This document shows, piece by piece, positions 31,890 to 41,187 of a stretch of DNA of 64,000 bases. This DNA is from a bacterium. Lineage in GTDB: Bacteria > UBA8248. The stretch lies in assembly GCA_965200245.1 (NCBI GenBank), contig CBDATS010000005.1, forward strand, positions 544,001 through 608,000, read 5' to 3'. The notes beneath the pieces were generated by a model, which was given only the letters and a program-made list of their open reading frames with translations, was not told the origin of the DNA and made no database searches. How positions within the stretch are numbered: the first letter of the stretch is position 1; every line of letters begins with the position of its first letter. The position numbers were made by a program, and so were the translations under genes.

Positions 31890-33173
31890 ATGTCCATGCG
31901 ACTGGAGATGGGTATTTTTCCCGTCTCAAAAATCATTGTCGGAAAGCGCTTCGCGTATAAAGAAGAGACGCTCACCGTGGACGCGGATGAGCTTCGAGAA
32001 ATCGCTCTGGAAGCTGGCGACCTTAAGAGCGTGAGCTTTCACGCGGGCATGCCGGGCGAATCGGCACGAATAACGAACGTATTGGACTCCGTCGAGCCCC
32101 TCTACAAAGTGAGCGGGTACTCATGTGCCTTTCCAGGATTCATGGGCCCCTCCAAGACCGCGGGCGAAGGCCGCACCCACAAACTCGCTGGGATGTGCGT
32201 CATCAGTTCCACGCATTTCCTAGGGCCCATGACGGGCATCATGAGCTTTCGCGAAGGGATTATCGACATGTGCGGCCCTGGCACAATTCATTGTACGAAT
32301 TCAGAGACCGCGAATCTCGTCGCCTGCTACGAACCGCTGGAAGGCACCTCGAACGAAGCACACGATGACGCCGTACGTCTTGCAACACTCAAAATAGCCT
32401 CCCGGCTGGCCGAACACACGAAGGATATAGAGCCCACGCGGGTCGAGACGTTCGAACTCGCAGATGTCGACCCCGCTCTTCCTCGCGTCGTTTATGTCGA
32501 TCAGATCATGCACCAAGCTTCCATGGTGCAGACTTTCATGTACGGCAAGAACTTTGGGGATTCACTCCCCACCCTCATTCATCCGAACGAGATGCTCGAC
32601 GGCGCGGTCGTTGGAGCGAATTACAAGACGCAGCAGAAGGCACCGACCTACCTCCATTGCAACAAGCCGCTCATATACGAACTCTACCGCCGCCACGGAG
32701 CGGATATCAATTTCACAGGAATGATCATTACACGCGGCCACCACGACAACCAAGCCCTTAAGGAACGCTCGGCGCAATACGTGGCCAAGCTCGCAACGCT
32801 CCTAAAGGCCGACGGCGCGGTTCTCGCCTTCGAGGGTGGCGGCAATTCCACGGTGGACTATTGGCTCACCGTCCAAGCACTCGAGCAGATGGGTGTACGT
32901 GCTGTGCCTATCATCTACGAGGTGGGCCGGCCAGGCTCGGGCGAATTCCCGCTCGTCTTTCACGTGCCGGAAGCCGACTCTATCATCTCCAAGGGCATGC
33001 AGGGGGAGCGCATCGCCGCCCCGGCAGTGGAGCGTGTCATCGGCTCGGAAATCGTTGATTTCTATAACGGCAGGAGCTACAACGTCCGCGAAGCGTTCAC
33101 CCTGTCAGACAGCGACTACTACGCAAACGAGTGGGCGCGGGACATCAACCACATGATTGGCAAGGCGTATTGA
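31890..33173 (+). CDS. Reductase component B alpha/beta proprotein (GrdE/GrdG/GrdI family)
   Basis: 'PGESARIT', 'GEGRTHKL', 'EGIIDMCGPG', 'PTLIHPNEMLDGAVV', 'KERSAQY' and 'EGGGN'. Confidence 0.85.
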   Translation: MSMRLEMGIFPVSKIIVGKRFAYKEETLTVDADELREIALEAGDLKSVSFHAGMPGESARITNVLDSVEPLYKVSGYSCAFPGFMGPSKTAGEGRTHKLAGMCVISSTHFLGPMTGIMSFREGIIDMCGPGTIHCTNSETANLVACYEPLEGTSNEAHDDAVRLATLKIASRLAEHTKDIEPTRVETFELADVDPALPRVVYVDQIMHQASMVQTFMYGKNFGDSLPTLIHPNEMLDGAVVGANYKTQQKAPTYLHCNKPLIYELYRRHGADINFTGMIITRGHHDNQALKERSAQYVAKLATLLKADGAVLAFEGGGNSTVDYWLTVQALEQMGVRAVPIIYEVGRPGSGEFPLVFHVPEADSIISKGMQGERIAAPAVERVIGSEIVDFYNGRSYNVREAFTLSDSDYYANEWARDINHMIGKAY

Positions 33174-33335
33174 GGGCAGGAAGGTCAATATGAGCATGCG
33201 TGAGAAGATGGAAGGCCGGGAGTCGTTGACAAGACAACCGCGTATGGTGCGAAAATACCGAAACACAACAGAAACCGTGAATATCAATTGCATATATAAA
33301 ATGGCTTTGGGTGAATTCATCCCTTGAGGCGAGAC

Positions 33336-34652
33336 ATGAGCACTAAATTTCGGGTCGTTCACTATTTGAACCAGTTCTTCGCTGGAGTGGGGGGCGAGGA
33401 TAGGAGCGATCATCCTGCCTCCGTCCTGCCCGGCCCCGTCGGCCCCGGCGTATTACTCGACAAGATATTAAAGGAGGAGGCTGAAGTCGTCGCCACGGTC
33501 TTTGCGGGCGATGGCCATTTTGCCGAAAACGAGGCGTCCTGCGCCACAGCAGCGTTCGCACTCATCAAGGAGCACTCACCCGATCTCCTTATCGCAGGCC
33601 CCGCCTTCAACGCCGGGCGCTACGGGCTCGCCTGCTCCGCCATCTGCCAATCAGCACAAGAGGCGGGCCTTCCCGTCGTCACCGCCATGCACCCGGAGAA
33701 TCCTGGTTTTCCCGCCGCAGGATTCGGTGTTCACACCGTTCCCACCACAGACTCTGCCATCGGCATGGAGGAAGCCCTTGAGGCCGTCGCCCGCCTGGGG
33801 CTCAAGCTCGTCCGGGGTGAGAAGATCGGAAGCGCCGCAGACGAAGGCTATCTCCCGCGCGGTATTCGCTATAACGAAATCGCCGAGTTCCCGGCCTCGC
33901 GACGCGCCGTCGATATGGTCCTGAAGAAAATCCGGGGCGAACCCTACCAGAGCGAACTCGATGTTCCCGTCCTTGAAGAGATAGTGCCTCCAGAACCCGT
34001 TGCCGATCTCAAAAGGGCCCGAATCGCCATCGTATCAGAGGGCGGTATGGTGCCTCCCGACAATCCTGATCGCTTTTCCGGATCGAGAAATGAAAACTGG
34101 GCCACGTATTCCCTGGAAGGAAAAGACGCCCTGCCGGGCGGTGCGTTCATCTCGATACACGGCGGCTTCAACACCGTGTTCGTGAACGAGGAGCCCGACC
34201 GCATGCTCGCCGTCGACGCCTTTCGCAGGCTCGAGAACGAGGGTGAGATCGCAGCGCTCCACGATGATTTCCTGAGTACTTGCGGCAACGGCGGCGCCTT
34301 CACCACCATGGACGGCATCGGCCGAGCCTGGGCCGCAGAATTGAAGAAGGCCGGGGTGGAGGGCGTCGTTCTCCCCGCCACGTGAGGAACCGGCACGCGC
34401 AGCGGGGCTGCGCTGGCGAAAGCTTTGGAAAGAGAGGGCATTCCTACCGTCATTGTCACCTGTCTGCCCGATGTGGCGCGTGACATCGGGGTTAACCGGA
34501 TCGTCAACAACCGCGCCGGGCACTTCCATCATCCTTTTGGCGATCCGTCCCGGACCCCCGAGGCCGAGCGAGAATGGCGCCTGGGCGCGGCTCGCGCGGC
34601 CGTCTCGACGCTTACCAAAACAGTGGACGGCCCCACGGTATTCGAGTACTAG
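33336..34652 (+). CDS. grdB: Reductase selenoprotein B (GrdB/GrdF/GrdH family, 438 aa)
   Basis: 'VVHYLNQFFAGVGGED', 'GPAFNAGRYGLAC' and 'HPENPG'. An in-frame TGA at 34383-34385 joins it to 'GTGTRSGAALAKALEREGIP...HPFGDP'. Confidence 0.9.
34397..34413 (+). promoter_or_regulatory. Putative SECIS hairpin of grdB
   Basis: Perfect 7-bp stem GCGCAGC-GGG-GCUGCGC beginning 11 nt after the UGA. Confidence 0.65.
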
Positions 34653-34805
34653 GCAAAATACTACGACGCCCGGCACGAGCAGCACACAGGAGAGCCGCTT
34701 TGTCAGACAAGACGGCAATCAGGTGAGTCGTGATTTCCGAAAACCATTTCCTGTCAGTCGGCAAGCGTCGGCAAGCCGTGATCGCTCCTCCCGAACCATC
34801 CCGCT

Positions 34806-35786
34806 TTATACCGTCACCCCCAGCGCTTTTTTTGCGGCGTCGACGACGTTGGTGACGTTGGGGAGCACGAAGTCCTCAAGACGGGGCTCGAAGGGAATGG
34901 GCGCGTCCAGGGCGGCCACGCGGCCAATGGGGGCGTCGAGATAATCGAAGGCTTCCTCCTGAACGGCTGCTGATATCTCCGAACCCACGCCACTTCTCAG
35001 GTGACCTTCCTCTACGATAATGCAGCGGTTCGTTTTCCGAACCGATTCAGCGAGCGTCCCCGTATCGAGCGGGGCGATCGTCCTGGGGTCGACGACTTCG
35101 GCACTGATGCCTTCCTTTTCGAGTTCATCCGCCGCCGCCAGGCAGTTGTGCACCTGATAGCCCACGCCGATGAGGGTGATGTCACTGCCCTCCCGCTTCA
35201 CGTCGGCCTGGCCGAAAGGGATCAGGTATTCCCATTTGGGCACACGGCCCTTGATCTTGTAGAGCATCTTGTGCTCCACGACGAGCACGGGGTTGCCGTC
35301 GCGGATCGCCGTGCGCATCAGGCCCTTGGCGTCCGCAGGGTCGCTCGGCACTGCCACCCTGATCCCCGGAATCTGCATGAACCAGGCCTCCAGGCACTGG
35401 CTATGCGTGGGGCCGTACTGCACGCCGCCGCCGCCGGGGGTGCGCACGACGAGAGGCACGCTCAACTGCCCGCCCAGCATATAACGCAGCTTGGCTGCCT
35501 GGTTAATGAGTGGGTCCATCGCCAGCATGATGAAGTCCATGAACATGATCTCGACGACGGGCCGGTAGCCCGCCATGGCGGCGCCCACGCCTGCACCCAC
35601 GATCCCGAGTTCACTGATGGGCGTGTCACGTACCCGGTCTTTCCCGAATCTGTCCGCCAGCCCCTTCGTCACACCGAAGACGTAGGCCAGTTCCACATCC
35701 TCGCCCATCACGATGACGCGCTCGTCGCGCTCCATTTCTTCGTGATGGACTTCGTTCAACGCATCCACAAAAGTGATTTCTCGCAT
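34806..35786 (-). CDS. TPP-dependent acetoin/2-oxoacid dehydrogenase E1 beta subunit
   Basis: 'MGEDV', 'DTPISELG', 'PVVEIMFMDF', 'HSQCLEAW' and 'DYLDAPI'. True start is MREITF at 35786. Confidence 0.9.
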   Translation of the reverse strand: MREITFVDALNEVHHEEMERDERVIVMGEDVELAYVFGVTKGLADRFGKDRVRDTPISELGIVGAGVGAAMAGYRPVVEIMFMDFIMLAMDPLINQAAKLRYMLGGQLSVPLVVRTPGGGGVQYGPTHSQCLEAWFMQIPGIRVAVPSDPADAKGLMRTAIRDGNPVLVVEHKMLYKIKGRVPKWEYLIPFGQADVKREGSDITLIGVGYQVHNCLAAADELEKEGISAEVVDPRTIAPLDTGTLAESVRKTNRCIIVEEGHLRSGVGSEISAAVQEEAFDYLDAPIGRVAALDAPIPFEPRLEDFVLPNVTNVVDAAKKALGVTV

Positions 35787-35839
35787 GTCACCTTTCTCCA
35801 GTTTTTCCTGAATGGCACCGCGCCGGGGGACGGGAGCCA

Positions 35840-36829
35840 TCAGGCGTATACGTCCTCGAGCGCAGATTCGAGCGTGGCTTCCGGACTCTGCTCCGCAAAC
35901 GCGATGGCGTCGTGGAGTTCCCTGTCCACGGCCTTGAGGTGCGCTTTCTTCTGCGCTTCCGTGAGTTTCAGCATATCCGCCGCAATCGTCAGCGGATCGC
36001 GCTTTCTCCATTCGTCCACCTCTTCTTTCGTGCGGTAGGGACCGAACTGGGGATCGCCACGCGAGTGTCCGAAAAAGCGGTAGGTCTTCGCCTCGATGAG
36101 GCTCGGACCTCCTCCCTCGCGCGCCCTTCGCACCGACTCGGCGGTCGCCTCGTAGACGGCCACCACGTCCATGCCGTCCACCGTCACGCCGGGGGCGTTG
36201 TAGCCCTGCGCGCGCACGCTGATGTCCTTCACGGCGGTGGATCGCTCGACGTGATAGCTTACCGCATAGTGGTTGTTCTCGCAGAAGAAGATGACCGGCA
36301 GTTTCCAGATCGCGCACAGGTTCATCGACTCGTGAAAACTGCCCTGGTTCGAGGCGCCGTCGCCGAAGAAGACTACCGCCACGCGCCCCAGGCCTTCCAG
36401 CTGATAGGCGAGACCCATGCCCGTAGCCATCGGCATGTTTGCCCCCACGATGGAGTGCGCGCCGTAGTGGCCCTTCGAGATGTCGGCGATGTGCATGGAA
36501 CCGCCCCGCGCCTTGCAGAGGCCGGTGGACTTGCCGAGAAGCTCGGCCATCATCTCGGGCATCCGGGTACCCTTGGCGATGGAGTGTCCATGGCCCCGGT
36601 GGGTGGTCAGGATGGCGTCGTCCTCGCCCAGCGCCGCGCAGACGCCGACCGAGCACGCCTCCTGCCCGATGCTCACGTGAACCGCCCCCTTCACCTGCCC
36701 CGCCATGAAAAACTCGTCCGTCTTCTCTTCGAAGCGGCGGATGCGCAGCATGTTGCGGTACATCGCGTTCAAGTCTTTTTTCGTCAGCCTTTTCGGCTTC
36801 GTTGACCTTCTTCTCGTCCTGGTGGCCAC
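35840..36829 (-). CDS. TPP-dependent acetoin/2-oxoacid dehydrogenase E1 alpha subunit
   Basis: 'THRGHGH', 'RGGSMH', TPP motif 'GDGASNQG...ENN' and 'TYRFFGHS'. Confidence 0.9.
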   Translation of the reverse strand: MATRTRRRSTKPKRLTKKDLNAMYRNMLRIRRFEEKTDEFFMAGQVKGAVHVSIGQEACSVGVCAALGEDDAILTTHRGHGHSIAKGTRMPEMMAELLGKSTGLCKARGGSMHIADISKGHYGAHSIVGANMPMATGMGLAYQLEGLGRVAVVFFGDGASNQGSFHESMNLCAIWKLPVIFFCENNHYAVSYHVERSTAVKDISVRAQGYNAPGVTVDGMDVVAVYEATAESVRRAREGGGPSLIEAKTYRFFGHSRGDPQFGPYRTKEEVDEWRKRDPLTIAADMLKLTEAQKKAHLKAVDRELHDAIAFAEQSPEATLESALEDVYA

Positions 36830-36954
36830 GGCCTCCTCCTCCCGGCGACTTCATCACAATGCAGTTGTTGAAATATCACGAAAAAATGATTTCCAGAACT
36901 TCAGGAGTACCACATGGGGCGGTGACGGTCCAATCAGAGCGCGCCGGATGAGGC

Positions 36955-37629
36955 TCAGTCGGGATTCGCTGCGTAGCGCAGAAACAACTCATCCCCTTCC
37001 TGCCTGATCTCCACAAGCGTAAGGCCCAAAAATTCACCTGAGCGAAAGCCCGATCCGTCCATGAGTGTCGGAGCGGATGCTCCTCCCGCCAGCCAAGGAG
37101 TGAGCGTCACGTGAAATTCGTCAATATAACGGGCGAACTCCCATATCAACACCCCCCCTCCTTCGAGAAGCACCCGCCTCACCCCCTGCTCCGAGAGATA
37201 GGCCAGCACCTGGACAGCGAGAGCACCCGCTTCATCCAGAAAAACGATTTGCGCCCCCTCGGTGTGGACTTTTTTGAGGTGTCGCGCACCTTCCGGCGTC
37301 GTGAATATGAGTCGTTCAACCTCATCCGCGGAAAACCATGGGAGTTGATCGGGGAAAACGCCGCTTTTCGTGATCAACGCGTTCGTCGGATGCGGCGGCA
37401 GACCGCGTTCCGTGCGGTCGCGGACGAGGGATTCTTTGCGAACTCTAGCGGGATGGCGCGCAGCCCGGAGCGTCTCGCCGCCCCACACCACGATGTCAGC
37501 ACCGGCTCTTAGACGGTCCATCTCCAAGCGGTCCGCTCCCGTGCCCAGCGAGAAATCCTTGCGATCATGGCTCGCGATTTTCCCGTCGAGCGTCATAGCT
37601 AGATTCGTGTATACGAAGGGTTTGTCCAT
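36955..37629 (-). CDS. RibD C-terminal/dihydrofolate reductase-like protein
   Basis: 'AMTLDGKIA', 'VLLEGGG' and 'APTLMDG'. Confidence 0.85.
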   Translation of the reverse strand: MDKPFVYTNLAMTLDGKIASHDRKDFSLGTGADRLEMDRLRAGADIVVWGGETLRAARHPARVRKESLVRDRTERGLPPHPTNALITKSGVFPDQLPWFSADEVERLIFTTPEGARHLKKVHTEGAQIVFLDEAGALAVQVLAYLSEQGVRRVLLEGGGVLIWEFARYIDEFHVTLTPWLAGGASAPTLMDGSGFRSGEFLGLTLVEIRQEGDELFLRYAANPD

Positions 37630-37737
37630 GAAAATTCTCACTCAAGGTTGTGATTCGCCCGTATAAGGCAGTAAAGTTCCCTATCATCTCGTCTTCATGA
37701 AAACGGACATTCCTCAGGCATAAGGAGAGAAAAGACC

Positions 37738-38388
37738 ATGGGAGAATTCGACCAAAGGGTAGACCTTCCCGCTCTCGATTTCCAAAAGCTCAACATCGGC
37801 CCTTACAGCAACAATGTATACGTGCTCACATGCAAGGCGACGAAAGAATGCGTCATCATTGACACCTCCTATTCCGCCGAGCCGATTCTCGCTGCATGTG
37901 AAGGCGCGACACCGAAATACATTCTACAGACCCATTGCCACGGCGACCACATCGACGCGCTCGACGAGGTGCGCAGCCGCACAGGCGCATCCCTGGGCCA
38001 GCACGCCGAGGACGCACGGGAATTCGGCATCAACCCCGATTTCACCATCGCGGACGGCGAAGAGATAACTTTTGGTGAGATCACCCTCAAGGCCATCCAC
38101 ACACCCGGCCACTGCAAGGGCATGCTGATGTTCTATTTTCCGAGGCACTGCGTCTGCGGAGATACTATTTTCCCCGGTGGTCCAGGCAAGACCTGGAATC
38201 ACGAACAACTGCTCACATCGCTCGACTCCATCGAAAACAAGGTGTTTGCCCTGCCGGATGCTACGGTTCTCTACCCCGGCCACGGGGCAAACAGTACCGT
38301 CGCGCAGAGTAAGGAGGAAGTCGCCGGATTCCGGGCTGCAGGCAGGCCGAGGCCGGATGAATTCGGCGACGTGACTTGGGATAGCTAG
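37738..38388 (+). CDS. MBL-fold metallo-hydrolase
   Basis: 'THCHGDH', 'HTPGH', 'GDTIF' and 'YPGHG'. Confidence 0.9.
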   Translation: MGEFDQRVDLPALDFQKLNIGPYSNNVYVLTCKATKECVIIDTSYSAEPILAACEGATPKYILQTHCHGDHIDALDEVRSRTGASLGQHAEDAREFGINPDFTIADGEEITFGEITLKAIHTPGHCKGMLMFYFPRHCVCGDTIFPGGPGKTWNHEQLLTSLDSIENKVFALPDATVLYPGHGANSTVAQSKEEVAGFRAAGRPRPDEFGDVTWDS

Positions 38389-38471
38389 ACAATATAACAC
38401 AGCCGGATGAACCCGGCGCTCGCGATTGCTTCGCGCGGCTTGGAACGACTAATTGAGATAGGGGTCATACA

Positions 38472-38864
38472 ATGATTTCAGCCAGCATTGCATTCGATCA
38501 CGTGCACGTCATCAGCAAAGATCCCGAGGAGAGCGTGAACTGGTTCGTCGAGAACCTGGGGGGAGAGCGCGGCGAGGGCGTCATATTCAAGGGAGCGCCA
38601 CAGGTTCCGGTGAAATTCAACGGTGCCACTGTTATCGTTCGCGGTGAAAGAACGGGCGAGAGCGCAGGCGAGAAGAGCGGCCTCGAATGGGGGACGGATC
38701 ATTTCGCCTTCGTGGTCTCGGGTGATTTCGACGCCTACTGCGAGGACCTAAAGAAGAAAGGCGTGAAATTCACCGTGGAGCCAGTGCAATTCAACCCGAA
38801 GACTCGCATCGCATTCATTGAGGCACCCGATGGCGTCAGCATCGAACTGCTGCAGAGAACTTAA
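38472..38864 (+). CDS. VOC family protein
   Basis: 'FDHVHV', 'DHFAF' and 'FIEAPDGVSIELL'. Confidence 0.88.
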   Translation: MISASIAFDHVHVISKDPEESVNWFVENLGGERGEGVIFKGAPQVPVKFNGATVIVRGERTGESAGEKSGLEWGTDHFAFVVSGDFDAYCEDLKKKGVKFTVEPVQFNPKTRIAFIEAPDGVSIELLQRT

Positions 38865-38901
38865 TGTTGAAGGATTCATCCGCACTGAACGGTGATCCGC
38901 G

Positions 38902-39969
38902 TTGAAAAGAAATGGTTTTCACCTTGCGCGAATCGCAGCATTATGTCTGCTGATAGTTGTGTTCGGCTGGACGGCCGCTCTGATTTCGCATGCCCAAAAC
39001 ACGCGCGCGCAGGAAGAATTACCCCCGGAGCCACCTCTTGGCCTCGACGACATACCCGTGCCCGAGAACAACCCCATGACGCAGCCCAAAATCGAACTCG
39101 GAAGATTGCTCTACTTCGAGAAACGCTTCTCCGGCGACGGGAAGGTCTCCTGTGCGACATGCCACATGCCCCGGCGCGGATTCTCGAACGCACGCCAGTA
39201 TGGAATCGGCTTCGACGGCAGGCTCACGCTCAGGAACGTGCCCACCGTCATCAATGCCGCCTATAACGAGTCCCAGTTCTGGGACGGGCGCGCTGGCAGC
39301 CTTGAGGAACAGGCTAAAGGACCGATTCTCCACCCGAGCGAGATGGCCTCTAGCGAGGAGAAAATCGTCCGCACACTTGAGGCAATACCCAAATACCGCC
39401 AAAGGTTCAAAGAGGCGTTTGGGGGCTCCGACATCAATCTCGAACGCGTGGCGCAGGCCATCGCCACATTCGAGCGCACCCTGATCTCGGGAAATTCCCC
39501 TTTCGACCGATGGAAATACGGAGACGACCAATCCGCGCTCCCTTCCCGGGCACTAAAGGGTTTCGAGGTCTTCAAAACCAGGGGCAAGTGCGTGAAATGC
39601 CATCTCGTCGATGAATTCAGTGCGCCCTTCACGGACAATAAGTTCCACAATCTAGGCGTAGGTATGGACAAGAAGACCCTGGAGATCGGACGAGAGAGGA
39701 TCACCCAAAAAATCAGGGATCGGGGGAAATTCAAAACACCCACGCTTCGACACATCACACAGACGGCGCCCTACATGCATGACGGCCGCTTCGCCACACT
39801 GGAAGAGGTGGTCGATTTCTATGACAAGGGAGGCCACCCGAACCCCAATCTCGACCCGGACATTAAACCTCTCAATCTCACAAAGACCGAGAAAGAGAAC
39901 CTTATTGCTTTCATGGGCACGCTCACGGGTGACCTCCCCGAAGTCAAGGTACCCGAGTTGCCGAAGTAA
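38902..39969 (+). CDS. Di-haem cytochrome c peroxidase/MauG-family protein
   Basis: Signal peptide; CATCH and CVKCH haem motifs; 'QFWDGRA' and 'FKTPTLR..TAPYMHDG'. Confidence 0.9.
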   Translation: MKRNGFHLARIAALCLLIVVFGWTAALISHAQNTRAQEELPPEPPLGLDDIPVPENNPMTQPKIELGRLLYFEKRFSGDGKVSCATCHMPRRGFSNARQYGIGFDGRLTLRNVPTVINAAYNESQFWDGRAGSLEEQAKGPILHPSEMASSEEKIVRTLEAIPKYRQRFKEAFGGSDINLERVAQAIATFERTLISGNSPFDRWKYGDDQSALPSRALKGFEVFKTRGKCVKCHLVDEFSAPFTDNKFHNLGVGMDKKTLEIGRERITQKIRDRGKFKTPTLRHITQTAPYMHDGRFATLEEVVDFYDKGGHPNPNLDPDIKPLNLTKTEKENLIAFMGTLTGDLPEVKVPELPK

Positions 39970-40043
39970 GGCTTTTTCGGCAAACTTATTTTCGCAACCA
40001 CCCGAGACGATTGGAGAGTTCAAGGACCTCCCGCATGACACAC

Positions 40044-40754
40044 ATGAAAAAACCATTCTCCCTCGCGCTTGCAGGAGTTTTATCTTTCCTCCTCACGCCC
40101 CCTACCTTATATGCAGCGGATGTGGACGACGGGAAATCCATTTTCCAAAACAAAAACTGCGGAAGTTGCCATACCTTGAAAGGCCCTGAAACCAGGATAC
40201 CCCCACCTTCGCGTCACGGCATAAAGGGTCCCACGCTCTGGTATGCGGGCAGCAAATTCCAACCTGGTTTTCTGGTGAAATGGCTCGCAAAACCGGAGCC
40301 TTTTCGGGGCGTCATCTACGAAACCATGAAGCGGGGCAAATACTCGCACCCCGTCCTCCCAAAGGAAGAGGCACCGGAGGTAGCAGCATATCTCGAAAGC
40401 CTGAAAGATCCCGAAATGCCCGTAGGTGTCGTTGTGCGCTGGAAGAAAATCCCAAGAAAGGTACTCCGGCGTGCGAGGATTTTGTTTCAGAAAAAACAAC
40501 CCTGCTATTCATGCCATATGGTCTCGATACGTAAAACGGTCTACCGGACGCGCATCAAGGTGGGCGGCCACAGCGCACCCAATTTCATAGAGGCGGGCCA
40601 CAGGCTGAACCCCGATTACATCGTGGCCTTTCTGAAAAAACCGGAACGCTACAACCCCAACGGCAGAATGCCCGTATATGGAGACAAGGCGTTCACGAAA
40701 CTGAGCGAAAAGGATTTCATCGCGCTCGCCGCCTATATTGCGAGCTTCAAGTGA
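40044..40754 (+). CDS. Di-haem c-type cytochrome
   Basis: Signal peptide; CGSCH and CYSCH. Confidence 0.85.
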   Translation: MKKPFSLALAGVLSFLLTPPTLYAADVDDGKSIFQNKNCGSCHTLKGPETRIPPPSRHGIKGPTLWYAGSKFQPGFLVKWLAKPEPFRGVIYETMKRGKYSHPVLPKEEAPEVAAYLESLKDPEMPVGVVVRWKKIPRKVLRRARILFQKKQPCYSCHMVSIRKTVYRTRIKVGGHSAPNFIEAGHRLNPDYIVAFLKKPERYNPNGRMPVYGDKAFTKLSEKDFIALAAYIASFK

Positions 40755-41176
40755 AATTTCTTTCCCTATCAACAACACTCTTACTCGCTCTCGTTACGTC
40801 GACCGTGGGCACTCCCCTCACAGGTGCTCAAGAACCCACAAGCCGTGTGAGCGCGCAAGAGAATTTCGGCTGGTACTGCATTCAGTGCCACGGCCCCAAG
40901 GGAGACGGCAAGGGAGTCAACAATACCAAGAAACTGCCCGTGAGTCCCCGTAATCTTACCGACGGCAAGGACATGGCCCAGTTCTCGGATGAAGACATGG
41001 TGCGTACCATCACCCACGGAGGCGGGGCGAGCGATCTCTCCCCCATCATGCCACCGTGGGGCAATGTGTTTACAAAACAAGAGATTCGTGATTTGGTGGC
41101 CTTGATACGCAAGATGTGCAACTGCCGCTTCGATCCCAAGGCGAATGAGGCATTTTTGAAACGACAAAGCCGCTAG
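40751..41176 (+). CDS. Mono-haem c-type cytochrome
   Basis: Signal peptide; CIQCH; distal 'MPPWG'; start overlaps the upstream stop. Confidence 0.85.
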   Translation: MKFLSLSTTLLLALVTSTVGTPLTGAQEPTSRVSAQENFGWYCIQCHGPKGDGKGVNNTKKLPVSPRNLTDGKDMAQFSDEDMVRTITHGGGASDLSPIMPPWGNVFTKQEIRDLVALIRKMCNCRFDPKANEAFLKRQSR

Positions 41177-41187
41177 GTTCCCCAGCT

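Noticed and set aside
33226-33256. Internal sigma70 promoter before grdB (perfect TTGACA)
   Set aside because: No acceptable -10 element at 16-18 nt spacing.
34806-36857. 683-aa ORF as an E1 alpha-beta fusion
   Set aside because: Its N-terminal half is an off-frame reading of the alpha gene. The real beta subunit starts at 35786 and alpha has its own stop at 35840.
38392-38460. attC-like hairpin after the MBL gene (TAAC...cggatgaac...cgcg)
   Set aside because: No matching GTT right-hand box, no second copy and no integron integrase; more likely an ordinary intergenic hairpin.
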